Assembly: GCA_037445065.1 (NCBI GenBank) | Contig: JBBILD010000010.1 | Coordinates: 64,001 to 128,000, forward strand | DNA from: Myxococcales bacterium | GTDB taxonomy: Bacteria > Desulfobacterota > Binatia > HRBIN30 | Direction of reading: 5' to 3' | Length of the DNA: 64,000 nucleotides | In this document: positions 50,365 through 60,093 of the stretch, one piece after another | How positions within the stretch are numbered: position 1 is the stretch's first letter | Layout of the letters: every line of letters begins with the position of its first letter | The notes under the pieces: generated by a model | Told to the model about the DNA's origin: nothing | Seen by the model: only the letters and a program-made list of their open reading frames with translations | Databases searched by the model: none | Position numbers and translations under genes: made by a program

Positions 50365-50469
50365 CCCTGCCAGCTTGCCGCGGGCGCCCGCGCTTCTCAA
50401 GCATTCTTGCTTCCCGGGATGAGGCCGCGGTATGGCGGCAAACCAACGCCAGCCAAAGGAGGGGACGCC

Positions 50470-51588
50470 ATGCCGCGCCGCCGCACACTACCGCACGGAC
50501 TCGCCTTCGCGCCGATCCGCATCGGTGTGCTGATTGACATCGATATGGGGACGAAAGAAGACTTCCTTGCCACCTTGCGCCTCGCCTTCGAAGAAGCGTA
50601 CGAGCGGGGAATTCTGCCACGGCCGGTGGAGCTGGTTGTGCAGGAGGCCATTGGCCTACCGCGCCTGGAAGCGATCCACACACGGCGCGGTTTCGAGCAG
50701 CTTGTCGAAAGCGGCGTGCTGGGTGTGATCGGGCCTTTGATCACCGACAACTCGATCGCACTCGCGCCCACGATTGACCGCTACGAAGTGCCTGCGATCA
50801 CATGGACGGGAACGGACCGCTACTTCGGCGAGTTTTGCTTCAACCTCGGCAACGGCGGACTTGCCGAGGAAACCGCCATTATGGCCAACTGGATCCATCG
50901 GCATGGATTTCGCCGCGTGGGAATGATCCACGAACTCAGCCCCGGGGGTAGCGAGTACGCCAGTAACTTCCGGTACTACGCTTACCGCTACGGGTTGGAC
51001 ATCGCGGTCGAAGCGTACACAAGTCAGACTCCCGAGGACTTCGACGCGATTGTTGCCCGCGTGCGTGCCGCCGAGCCCGAATGCCTCGCTTACGTGGGTT
51101 ACGGGTACCCGACCATTCTGTTGGGGAGCGCCCTCAAGCGGCTCCAATGGGATCCACCGCGAATCATGACCACCGCCTTCCAGTTTTGTTACGCGAAATC
51201 AGAATGGATGGCAGCACTCGAGGGATGGCACGGCATTGACCAGATGTGCGAGGCCAACCCTCGCTTGCAACCGGTGTTGGACAAAGTGGCGCACGCGTTA
51301 GGAAAGCGGCGCGACCACACGGTGACCGCGCTCAGTTGGGACACTGCGATGCTACTCGCGGAGGGGCTCGCGCGCGCCCCGCTGCTCACCCCACGCGGTC
51401 TCAAAGAAGGGCTGGAGAAAGTGCGCATGCTGCCCGCGGTAAACGGAGGTCCGCGCACGCACATGAGTCTCGGCCCCTTCGACCACAAGGCGTACAAGGG
51501 AGACTGGCTTTTGGTCCGACGCATCGAGAAGGGGCGGACCGTTTTTGCTGAACTGTACGAGCCACCTCTCGAGTATCCTCCGCGCTAA
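50470..51588 (+). CDS. Leu/Ile/Val-type (type I) substrate-binding-fold protein without an obvious signal peptide
   Basis: GGAGGGG ribosome-binding site; IRIGVL, GVLGVIGP.ITDN and GPRTHMSLGPFDH. No ABC permease genes are adjacent. Confidence 0.75.
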   Translation: MPRRRTLPHGLAFAPIRIGVLIDIDMGTKEDFLATLRLAFEEAYERGILPRPVELVVQEAIGLPRLEAIHTRRGFEQLVESGVLGVIGPLITDNSIALAPTIDRYEVPAITWTGTDRYFGEFCFNLGNGGLAEETAIMANWIHRHGFRRVGMIHELSPGGSEYASNFRYYAYRYGLDIAVEAYTSQTPEDFDAIVARVRAAEPECLAYVGYGYPTILLGSALKRLQWDPPRIMTTAFQFCYAKSEWMAALEGWHGIDQMCEANPRLQPVLDKVAHALGKRRDHTVTALSWDTAMLLAEGLARAPLLTPRGLKEGLEKVRMLPAVNGGPRTHMSLGPFDHKAYKGDWLLVRRIEKGRTVFAELYEPPLEYPPR

Positions 51589-51683
51589 CCCACAACTCTG
51601 CCTGTGTTCTCCAAGCAGGTGCTGGCGCGTCTGCAGTGAGGCTGCCGAGGTTGTAGCGCGGGCTACCACGCCACCGGAGGCGC

Positions 51684-52463
51684 TCAGGCTTCGCCCAACA
51701 GCCGGATGACGGCGGGCAAGACGACAAAGAGCTGCACGGCGTTGAACCAGCCGTGCGCCACCATCGGAGCCACCAGCGACCCAGTGCGCGCAAAGAGCCA
51801 GCCAAAGAACAACGATACAATGAAGACCCCAATGACCAGAAACGGCTGCCCGTAACTGAAGTGGCTCAAAGCAAACAGCACGCTCGACAGCCACAAGCCG
51901 AGCCGCCGTTGCAAGAAAGCGCGGAAAAACGCCTCTTCTACGGTCATCGCCACCGCCACGACCACCAGCTTCTGCCAAGCAGGGAGAGTCGCCATCCAAT
52001 GCACTAGCGGTGGGATCTCCGCGCGCACGTCGAGTTCGCGCACATGCGTCCAAGCTCCCGCCAGGAGACCGGTCAGCACCAACGTGGCAGCCCAAGCCAA
52101 GACGCCACCCGTCAAACCGATGGTCACGTATTTCGGCCAGACATCTGCATGGCGCAGAGCGAGAAAGTCGCGCAGCGGCAGGTCCGCCCGCAGTCGCCAC
52201 CAGGCGAGAAGAAAAGCCACCAATAGTGCGTGCCCGAGAAACAGCCACGGGAAGCGCAGGCTTTCTGTGTCCACGCCGTGGCCTGTGGAAGCCGCGGTCA
52301 ATGGGAGGAATACCACCAAGGCCAGCACGACGACCCACAGCACCAGCGCCACCGCCCGCCGCCCCAAGGTGTCAAACTCATCCCGAAACGGCGCCACGCC
52401 CAGGAGCGCCAGTGCGGTCACACAGGTCAGGCTAGCCAGAAACGCCGCCGGGATCTCTCCCAT
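51684..52463 (-). CDS. CPBP (Abi / type II CAAX) intramembrane metalloprotease
   Basis: Motifs EEAFFR, FALSH and AHGWFN; multiple TM segments. Confidence 0.88.
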   Translation of the reverse strand: MGEIPAAFLASLTCVTALALLGVAPFRDEFDTLGRRAVALVLWVVVLALVVFLPLTAASTGHGVDTESLRFPWLFLGHALLVAFLLAWWRLRADLPLRDFLALRHADVWPKYVTIGLTGGVLAWAATLVLTGLLAGAWTHVRELDVRAEIPPLVHWMATLPAWQKLVVVAVAMTVEEAFFRAFLQRRLGLWLSSVLFALSHFSYGQPFLVIGVFIVSLFFGWLFARTGSLVAPMVAHGWFNAVQLFVVLPAVIRLLGEA

Positions 52464-52478
52464 ACGAGGAAGCCGAGC

Positions 52479-53096
52479 CTAGCGGTGCAGCTCTTCCACC
52501 GAAGAGATGATCTTGCCAACGAGGCCGTATTCGACCGCCTCTTCGGCTGACATCCAGAAATTGCGCTCGGTGTCCCGCTCGACTCGTTTCAGCGGCTGGC
52601 CGGTTTTCTCGGCGATAATGCGGCTCAAGCGAGCGCGCATGCGAAGGATCTCCTGCGCCTCGATTTCTAAATCAGTCGCGCGCCCACCGGCTCCACCCCA
52701 GGGCTGGTGCAAGAGGAAGCGGGTATTGGGCAAACAAAAGCGGTCTTCTTTCTCCGCGGCCAAGAAAATGTGTGCACCCGCACTCGCCACCCAACCGGTA
52801 CCGATCATGCGTACGCGGGGCCGGATGAAGCTCAGGATATCGTAAATCGTATCCGCCGACTCTACGTGCCCACCGGGCGAGTGGATAAACACGGTAATGT
52901 CCTCATCCGAGGCCGCGGCCAGAGCCAGGGCCTGTGCCGTAACCAAGTGGGCAAGCGGCATGGTGATTTCGCCGCAGATAATGATCGTACGCGTTTCAAA
53001 AAGCTTTTGGCTGACCGAGCGTAGCAGGCTGCGCGCTTCCTTGTTCGCGCTTTTCTCCGCCGTCGCGCGGAATTCCTCACTGAGCCATTGCGTCAT
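52479..53096 (-). CDS. clpP: ATP-dependent Clp protease proteolytic subunit (divergent paralogue type)
   Basis: Motifs IHSPGGHV, VASAG (catalytic Ser), LLHQP (His) and ERDTERNFWMSAEEA.EYGL. Confidence 0.9.
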   Translation of the reverse strand: MTQWLSEEFRATAEKSANKEARSLLRSVSQKLFETRTIIICGEITMPLAHLVTAQALALAAASDEDITVFIHSPGGHVESADTIYDILSFIRPRVRMIGTGWVASAGAHIFLAAEKEDRFCLPNTRFLLHQPWGGAGGRATDLEIEAQEILRMRARLSRIIAEKTGQPLKRVERDTERNFWMSAEEAVEYGLVGKIISSVEELHR

Positions 53097-53330
53097 GCCC
53101 GGCATGTAGAAGAGCACGGCGCAGCGAGCAACCAAGCGGGCTGCAGCCCAACCGCACGCCCCTCGCCGACCGCCGCCCCCGCGCGCGAACCGATCCGAGC
53201 CTTTTCAGGACTGCAAGCTCGACCCCCTCCGGTTTGCGAACTTTGCGAATTCTCGCACACCCTCAGTGGCTATGGCCTACCAAACTGGCAGTGTGGAAAG
53301 CGGGCACAGGGCGTGGATAGATTCCCTCCG

Positions 53331-56300
53331 ATGACACACCCGGTGTTACAAGGCGCGGGGCCGCAGGCGGCTACCGCGACCGTGGATGCAAACGAAGCAG
53401 TGGCTTCGGTGGCGTATCGCCTCAGCGAAGTGATCGCCATCTATCCCATCACCCCCGCTTCTCCGATGGGGGAGTGGGCGGACGCGTGGGCCGCGCACGG
53501 GCGACCGAATTTGTGGGGTGCCGTTCCGCGCATCATCGAAATGCAATCGGAAGCGGGAGCCATTGCCGCAGTGCACGGCGCCATCCAGAGCGGGGCGCTG
53601 GCGACTAGCTTTACCGCTTCGCAAGGTCTTCTGCTCATGATTCCGAACCTGTACAAGATCGCCGGAGAACTCACGCCGTTTTGCTTGCACGTTGCAGCCC
53701 GTGCCGTCGCCACCCATGCGCTCTCCATCTTTGGCGACCACTCCGACGTGATGGCGTGCCGAGCAACCGGCTTTGCGATGCTGTGCAGCGCTTCGGTGCA
53801 AGAGGCACAGGACCTCGCCTGCGTCGCGCACCTAGCCACTCTGCGTAGCCGCATCCCCTTCCTTCATTTTTTCGATGGCTTCCGGACCTCGCACGAGATC
53901 CAGAAGATCGTGCCGCTGCGGGATGAGGACCTGGAGAGTATGCTCGACGCACCGAGCCTCGCCGCACACCGCGCTCGCGCCCTCACGCCCGATCGCCCCG
54001 TCATCCGTGGCACCTCCCACAATCCCGACACCTACTTTCAGGCTCGCGAAGCGGTCAACCCATACTACCAAGCTTTGCTGCGCATCGTCGCGGAAGAGGT
54101 GGAGCGCTTTGCTGCGCGCACTGGGCGGCACTATCCGCTCTACGAGTTTTTCGGCCATCCAGAGGCGCAACGTGTGCTCGTAGCGATGGGCTCCGGCAGC
54201 GAGACCGCAGCCGAGACGGCGGAACACCTAGCCGCACGGGGCGAGCGCGTCGGGGTGGTACGCGTGCGCATGTTTCTGCCGTTCGACGCGGAGGGCTTTC
54301 TTCGAGTCCTGCCACCTTCGACCGAGGCCGTAGCGGTGCTCGATCGGACAAAAGAGCCAGGAGCAATTGGCGAGCCGCTCTTCCAGCAAGTCGCGACCGC
54401 CCTTTACGAGGCAAGCTACACGACCCAACAGACGAAACCACCGATCAAGCTCATTGGCGGGCGATTCGGATTGGCGGGCAAAGAGTTCACTCCGGCAATG
54501 GTGCAAAGCGTTTTTGAGGAACTCGCTGCCCCTGCCCCGCGCCCTCGCTTCACGGTCGGGATCACAGACGACGTGAGCGGCCTCTCCCTGCCCGTTTCCG
54601 AGCAATCACCAGAAGAACCCGAGGATGTTTTCCGGGCCGTATTTTACGGGCTCGGTTCGGACGGTACGGTGAGCGCCAACAAGAGTTCGCTCAAGATCCT
54701 CGGCGAGCACACGCCGTACTTCGTGCAAGGCGCGTTTGTCTACGACTCCAAGAAGGCCGGGGCGATGACCATCTCGCATTTGCGCATCTCACCGCACCCG
54801 ATCCGCTCCGCCTACCTGATTCGGAGAGCTCAGTTTATCGCTTGCCACCAGTTTTCCTTCCTCGCACGCTACGACATCCTGCGGCTGGCGCAGCCTGGGG
54901 CAACGCTGCTCCTCAATGCTCCGTACGGACCCGAGGCGTTGTGGGATCACCTGCCGGCGCCGGTACAGCAGGGGATCCTCGACAAGCAACTCCGCGTCTA
55001 CGCCATCGATGCACACCAGCTCGCGCGGGAGCTGGGTCTGGGCGTGCGCATCAACACGATCATGCAAACCTGCTTTTTCGCTCTTACCGATTTCCTCCCC
55101 TTCGAAGAAGCCGCGAAAGCCATGAAGGAACAGATCCGTGCTAGTTACGGCGCGTTTGGCGACAACGTTGTGGAGCGCAACTTCCAGGCCGTGGAGCGAG
55201 CCCGCGATTGGCTGTCTGCGGTACCCATCCCCAGCGCTGTGACCTCTCATACCAGCGTGCCCGAGTTAGTTCCTGCACAGGCCCCTGAATTTGTGCGCCG
55301 GGTGACGGCAGCATTGTTAGCACAAACAGGAGACCAGCTCCCGGTCAGTGCCTTCCCTCCCGATGGAACCTGGCCAACCGGTACGGCGCGCTGGGAGAAA
55401 CGGCGAATCGCGCAATCCATCCCCATTTGGGACCCAGGAGTGTGTATCCAATGCAACAAGTGCGCGCTCGTTTGCCCGCATGCAGCGATCCGCACCAAAG
55501 TGTTCCCTCCCGAAGCGGCGGTTTCCGCACCTGCCCACTTCCGCAGCGTGCCGTACAAGGGCACCGATTTCCCCGGCTTCGTCTACTCCGTACAGGTGGC
55601 GCCCGAAGACTGCACCGGCTGCGAACTCTGCGTACAAATTTGCCCGGCAAAAGACCGCCGAAACCCCCGTCACAAAGCACTGGAAATGGAACCCCTTGCG
55701 GACCACTTGCAGAGCGAGCGTCGGAACTACGACTTCTTCTTGTCCCTGCCCGAGGCCGACCGCACACGTGTCCACCTCGATGTTAAAGGGGCGCAGCTCT
55801 TTCAGCCCTTATTCGAGTACTCTGGGGCGTGTGCCGGTTGCGGTGAAACCCCTTACATCAAGCTGCTCACACAGCTTTTTGGAGACCGCATTCTCATTGC
55901 CAATGCCACTGGCTGCTCCTCGATTTACGGCGGCAACCTACCCACCACCCCATATACGACCAATGCGGAGGGCCGCGGGCCTGCTTGGTCGAACTCTCTG
56001 TTCGAGGACAATGCGGAGTTCGGCCTCGGCATGCGCCTAGCGCTCGATCACTTGAGCAACCGCGCACAGCACCTACTGCGCATGATGGCCACCGAGGTGG
56101 GCGAACGCCTGGTCGAGGCGCTCCTGCACTCTCCGCAGGACAACGAGGCCGCCATCGCTGCGCAGCGCGCACGCGTGGCCGAACTGCGCCAGCGCCTCGC
56201 TCGGTTGCGTTCTTCGCCTGCGCGCGAGCTGCAACTTTTGGCGGACTACCTCGTGCGCAAGTCGGTTTGGATCGTAGGCGGTGACGGCTGGGCCTACGAC

Positions 56301-56936
56301 ATCGGGTTTGCCGGCCTCGACCACGTGCTCGCCTCGGGGCTGGACGTCAACGTGCTCGTGTTGGACACCGAGGTGTACTCCAATACGGGAGGGCAGCAGT
56401 CGAAAGCCACTCCGCTGGGAGCCGCTGCCAAGTTCGCCAGCGCGGGGAAGGAGACACCCAAAAAAGACCTCGGGCTCATCGCCATGGCCTACGGGAACAT
56501 CTATGTGGCACGCATCGCTTTGCTTGCTCGCGACCAACAAGCAACGCACGCGTTCCTGGAGGCCGAATCCTTTCCGGGTCCGTCTCTCCTTCTCGCCTAC
56601 AGCCACTGCATTGCCCACGGCTACGACCTCCGCTTCGCTGGCGATCAGCAGCGGCGTGCCGTGCAGTCGGGCTACTGGCCGGTCTACCGCTTCGATCCAC
56701 GGCGCTTGGCGCAAGGCTTGGAACCTCTTCAGCTCGACACCCCGGAACCGAAGATCCCCTTGGCCGACTTCGCCTACCAAGAGGCCCGCTTCCGCATGGT
56801 CGAGCAACTGGACGCGGCTCGCTTCCGAAAGCTTCTGGCACAAGAACAGGAAGAGATCCGCCGCCGCTTCCGCCTTTACCAAGAGCTCTCGCGTTTGCGC
56901 TCCTTGGCCAGCGAACCGAGCAGGGAGGAACCATGA
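53331..56936 (+). CDS. nifJ: Pyruvate:ferredoxin (flavodoxin) oxidoreductase, homodimeric type
   Basis: Motifs IYPITPAS, EMQSEAGA, FTASQGLLLM, FFDGFRTSHE, GLGSDGTV, two CxxCxxCxxxCP ferredoxin motifs, GACAGCGE, ATGCSSIYGG and GGDGWAYDIG. Confidence 0.96.
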   Translation: MTHPVLQGAGPQAATATVDANEAVASVAYRLSEVIAIYPITPASPMGEWADAWAAHGRPNLWGAVPRIIEMQSEAGAIAAVHGAIQSGALATSFTASQGLLLMIPNLYKIAGELTPFCLHVAARAVATHALSIFGDHSDVMACRATGFAMLCSASVQEAQDLACVAHLATLRSRIPFLHFFDGFRTSHEIQKIVPLRDEDLESMLDAPSLAAHRARALTPDRPVIRGTSHNPDTYFQAREAVNPYYQALLRIVAEEVERFAARTGRHYPLYEFFGHPEAQRVLVAMGSGSETAAETAEHLAARGERVGVVRVRMFLPFDAEGFLRVLPPSTEAVAVLDRTKEPGAIGEPLFQQVATALYEASYTTQQTKPPIKLIGGRFGLAGKEFTPAMVQSVFEELAAPAPRPRFTVGITDDVSGLSLPVSEQSPEEPEDVFRAVFYGLGSDGTVSANKSSLKILGEHTPYFVQGAFVYDSKKAGAMTISHLRISPHPIRSAYLIRRAQFIACHQFSFLARYDILRLAQPGATLLLNAPYGPEALWDHLPAPVQQGILDKQLRVYAIDAHQLARELGLGVRINTIMQTCFFALTDFLPFEEAAKAMKEQIRASYGAFGDNVVERNFQAVERARDWLSAVPIPSAVTSHTSVPELVPAQAPEFVRRVTAALLAQTGDQLPVSAFPPDGTWPTGTARWEKRRIAQSIPIWDPGVCIQCNKCALVCPHAAIRTKVFPPEAAVSAPAHFRSVPYKGTDFPGFVYSVQVAPEDCTGCELCVQICPAKDRRNPRHKALEMEPLADHLQSERRNYDFFLSLPEADRTRVHLDVKGAQLFQPLFEYSGACAGCGETPYIKLLTQLFGDRILIANATGCSSIYGGNLPTTPYTTNAEGRGPAWSNSLFEDNAEFGLGMRLALDHLSNRAQHLLRMMATEVGERLVEALLHSPQDNEAAIAAQRARVAELRQRLARLRSSPARELQLLADYLVRKSVWIVGGDGWAYDIGFAGLDHVLASGLDVNVLVLDTEVYSNTGGQQSKATPLGAAAKFASAGKETPKKDLGLIAMAYGNIYVARIALLARDQQATHAFLEAESFPGPSLLLAYSHCIAHGYDLRFAGDQQRRAVQSGYWPVYRFDPRRLAQGLEPLQLDTPEPKIPLADFAYQEARFRMVEQLDAARFRKLLAQEQEEIRRRFRLYQELSRLRSLASEPSREEP

Positions 56937-57937
56937 TGAAACTGACCACGAACTACTTGGGGCTCACGCTTCCCAGTCCGCTCGTCGCTGGTGCGTCCCC
57001 ACTCGCAGACGACCTCGACACGGCCCGCAGGCTGGAAGATGCCGGCGCTGGTGCGATCGTCATGCACTCTCTGTTCGAAGAGCAAATCGAACTCGAGGAA
57101 CTCGGCACGGTACATGGGATGAACGTGCATGAGGAGTGTTTCGCAGAAGCGTTGTCGTATTTCCCTCGCCCGGCCGACTTCCGCCTCGGCCCAGACCAGT
57201 ATTTGGAGCAGGTGCGACGCCTCAAGCAGGCACTGCAGATTCCGGTGATCGCTTCCCTCAATGGCACCACCGCGGCCGGGTGGCTGCGCTACGCCGCCCT
57301 CCTGCAACAGGCGGGAGCAGATGCCATCGAAGTGAACGCCTACCGCATCGTTACCGACTTCTCGGAGAGCAGTGCTCAAGTGGAAGACAACTTGGTGGAA
57401 ATCGTCCGCGCCGTGCGCGCGCGCGTGCACATACCGATCGCAGTCAAACTTTCGCCCTTTTTCTCGGCACTCCCCCACATGAGCCTGCGCCTCGCGGAGG
57501 CTGGCGCCGACGGCCTCGTCTTGTTCAACCGCTTTTACCAGCCTGATTTCGATCTCGACTCGCTCGAGGTGGTGCCCCACTTGCAGCTCTCGGACCGCAG
57601 TGAACTCACGTTACGCCTGCGCTGGCTAGCCATCCTGTACGGGCGCCTGCCGGTAGCGCTGGCCGCCACAGGCGGCGTACACACCGCAACCGATGCCGTG
57701 AAGGCCTTGATGGCCGGTGCGGACATTGTCCAAGTGGTCTCCGCGCTGCTTCGGTACGGCGCTGGCTACCTAACCAAACTGCACGCGGACTTGCGTGCGT
57801 GGATGGAAAATGCTGGGTACGAATCGGTCGAAAAGTTGCGTGGCTGCTTGAGCTTACAGCGCTGCCCAGATCCAGCCGCCTTCGAGCGGGCGCAGTACAT
57901 GCGTATCTTGCACACGTGGCACCCATCCTCGCTCTAG
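56933..57937 (+). CDS. Dihydroorotate dehydrogenase-like FMN protein (nifJ-associated)
   Basis: Motifs YLGL.L.SPL, SLFEEQI, IASLNG, AVKLSPFF, LFNRFYQPD, LRWLAIL and ATGGVH. ATGA overlap with nifJ. Confidence 0.85.
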   Translation: MMKLTTNYLGLTLPSPLVAGASPLADDLDTARRLEDAGAGAIVMHSLFEEQIELEELGTVHGMNVHEECFAEALSYFPRPADFRLGPDQYLEQVRRLKQALQIPVIASLNGTTAAGWLRYAALLQQAGADAIEVNAYRIVTDFSESSAQVEDNLVEIVRAVRARVHIPIAVKLSPFFSALPHMSLRLAEAGADGLVLFNRFYQPDFDLDSLEVVPHLQLSDRSELTLRLRWLAILYGRLPVALAATGGVHTATDAVKALMAGADIVQVVSALLRYGAGYLTKLHADLRAWMENAGYESVEKLRGCLSLQRCPDPAAFERAQYMRILHTWHPSSL

Positions 57938-57955
57938 GGGTGGCCAGCGCCAGAG

Positions 57956-60082
57956 CTACTTTTCTTCTACGTGTGTAATCGGACTCCACTCCGGGCCCGG
58001 CGCCCGCCGAAGATACTGCTCGCAGCGTTGCGCAAACACCGCCGCCGGGCCGTCTGCCGGGTAGTCGCGCAGGATCTCCCGGAAGCTCTCGAGGGCCTCT
58101 CCCCAGTGCCGCTCGCGGTAGCAGGCTAGTGCGGACTCGAAGCGGTGGGCCATACCTTCCAAGGCGCGCCGCTGTGCAAAGTCGCCCACCCCGAGCACCT
58201 CGAACACCCGCACGGGCTGTTGGCGACCCTTGACGCGCACCCAATCAATCTCGCGCACCAGTAGCTGATTGCCCGCTTGGCGCACGGTCTCCTCGCTGGC
58301 CAAAATCGTGGTCCCGTAACGCTTGTTCAGGCCCTCCAAGCGCGAGGCCAAGTTCACGTTGTCTCCGACTACGGTGAGGCTCAAGTGTTCAGCCGATCCC
58401 AGATTCCCGAACACCATGGGCCCGGTGTTAATGCCGACCCCCAACGCAAGCTGAGGCCAGCCGCGGTCCCGCCAACGTTCGCACAACTGCGCCAAGCGCT
58501 CCCTCATCGTCAGGGCAGCGGCGCACGCCTGGCGGGCGTGGTGCACACTTGGCAACGGCGCTCCCCACAAGGCCATGAGTCCATCGCCCATGTATTTGTC
58601 GAGCATACCGTCGTGCTCGAACACGACCTCCGTCATGGCGCCGAGGTACACGTTCAGCAACTCGACCAACTGTTCCGCAGGCAGAGCCTCGGAGATGGCG
58701 GTAAAGCCACGTAAGTCCGAGAACAACACGGTACACTCGCGCTTTTCACCTCCTAAATGGAGGGCCTGCGGGTGCTCGGCCACGTACGCGGCGGCCGCCG
58801 GACTCAGATAGAGTTCCAGAGCTTTGCGCAAGCGCCGCCGCTCGCGCTCTTCCCAGACGTACCGCTGCAAGGTTCCAGTCGCGAAGGTAAGCCCAATGGC
58901 CAAGCTCGGTCCGAGCACGGGGAAAACGCAGCCATGCTGGCGCAAGAGGGTCTCGGCAATCGCCACGTACGCAACCGCCACAGCCAGACACACCAGGGCA
59001 GCACGTGCGGCGGTCATACGCGCCAGTACGAGCGCCACCAGCAGGGTAAACCCGACGATTGCCAGCACCGCGAACGCCTCCCCCCACGCTGGGCTCCACA
59101 GGAAGCGCCCTTGCAAAACGTTGTCGATCACGGTGGCGTGGATTTCCACGCCCGGAAACACGGGTGAAAAGGGCGTCACCCGCAAATCGTAGACCGCGGT
59201 GGCGGTGACCCCCACCAGAACGATCTTGTCACGCAGCTGCTCGGGCGGCACCCGGCCTTGCAGGACGTCGGTGGCTGGAATGTGCACGAAGGTACGCGGC
59301 GGCCCGCGAAAATCAATTCGTAAGAAACCACTGCGGTCCACCGGCAGCGCCCTGTCGCCTAGGCGAACGAACCGCACGCCCTCGCTGCTGACTTCGATGG
59401 AAAGGGGTTGACCCAATGCCTGGCGCAGCGTGGCTAAGGCCAGTGGAACGGCGATTTCATCCCCGTAACGCAACGCTAACGGGACGCGGCGGATGGTACC
59501 ATCCACGTCCGGAACAAAGTTGAAGTAGCCCGCATCCGCGGCTGCCGCTTGGAAAAGCGGCAGGTTGCTGGTCACGCGCGGCAGACGCGCCACGCGGGGC
59601 GGTAACCACTCCAGCGCATCGCTGCCGCGCACACGCACTCGATCGTAGGTGCGCAGCCGCACTCGCTCCTCGGGTGGGCTTTCACGCGCGAAGTCGAGAA
59701 AGTAACCGAGCACCGTCCGCGGCAATTCGCGCAAGGCCCAAGCCAGCGCCTCATCGGCCGCGTTTCCACCAGCTTCTGGCGGGGACGCTTCGGACTGCAC
59801 GACATCGAAACCCACCGCGCGCGGCTGATACGCCGCCAATTTGCGCACGAGTTCTGCCATTCGCGCGCGCGACCAAGGCCACCGCCCTTCGCGCTCGATA
59901 CTAGTGTCGTCAATGGCAACGATGACTACCCGCGCGTCCGCCGCCCGCTGTGGGCGCCAAGTCAGACGGAAATCGTCGGCCCGTAGCTCAAGACTGCGGT
60001 AGACGCGGCAACCGGAGACGTGAGCACCCAGCAAGCCGCTAGCAACGACCAACGCCGGAAGCAGCGCGCGCCAGCGGTCCAT
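57956..60082 (-). CDS. CHASE2-domain class III adenylate/guanylate cyclase
   Basis: CHASE2 motifs VAIDD.SI...GRWPWSR, DVDGTIRRVPL and PGVEIHA; three TM segments; cyclase motifs VLFSDLRGFT, DKYMGDG, GINTG, GDNVNLASRLEG and VKGR. Confidence 0.93.
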   Translation of the reverse strand: MDRWRALLPALVVASGLLGAHVSGCRVYRSLELRADDFRLTWRPQRAADARVVIVAIDDTSIEREGRWPWSRARMAELVRKLAAYQPRAVGFDVVQSEASPPEAGGNAADEALAWALRELPRTVLGYFLDFARESPPEERVRLRTYDRVRVRGSDALEWLPPRVARLPRVTSNLPLFQAAAADAGYFNFVPDVDGTIRRVPLALRYGDEIAVPLALATLRQALGQPLSIEVSSEGVRFVRLGDRALPVDRSGFLRIDFRGPPRTFVHIPATDVLQGRVPPEQLRDKIVLVGVTATAVYDLRVTPFSPVFPGVEIHATVIDNVLQGRFLWSPAWGEAFAVLAIVGFTLLVALVLARMTAARAALVCLAVAVAYVAIAETLLRQHGCVFPVLGPSLAIGLTFATGTLQRYVWEERERRRLRKALELYLSPAAAAYVAEHPQALHLGGEKRECTVLFSDLRGFTAISEALPAEQLVELLNVYLGAMTEVVFEHDGMLDKYMGDGLMALWGAPLPSVHHARQACAAALTMRERLAQLCERWRDRGWPQLALGVGINTGPMVFGNLGSAEHLSLTVVGDNVNLASRLEGLNKRYGTTILASEETVRQAGNQLLVREIDWVRVKGRQQPVRVFEVLGVGDFAQRRALEGMAHRFESALACYRERHWGEALESFREILRDYPADGPAAVFAQRCEQYLRRAPGPEWSPITHVEEK

Positions 60083-60093
60083 GAATCTGCCTC

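Noticed and set aside
50092..50469. Extended N-terminus of the substrate-binding protein
   Set aside because: It overlaps the NIPSNAP-like gene on the opposite strand and has no signal-like segment; a strong ribosome-binding site precedes ATG 50470.
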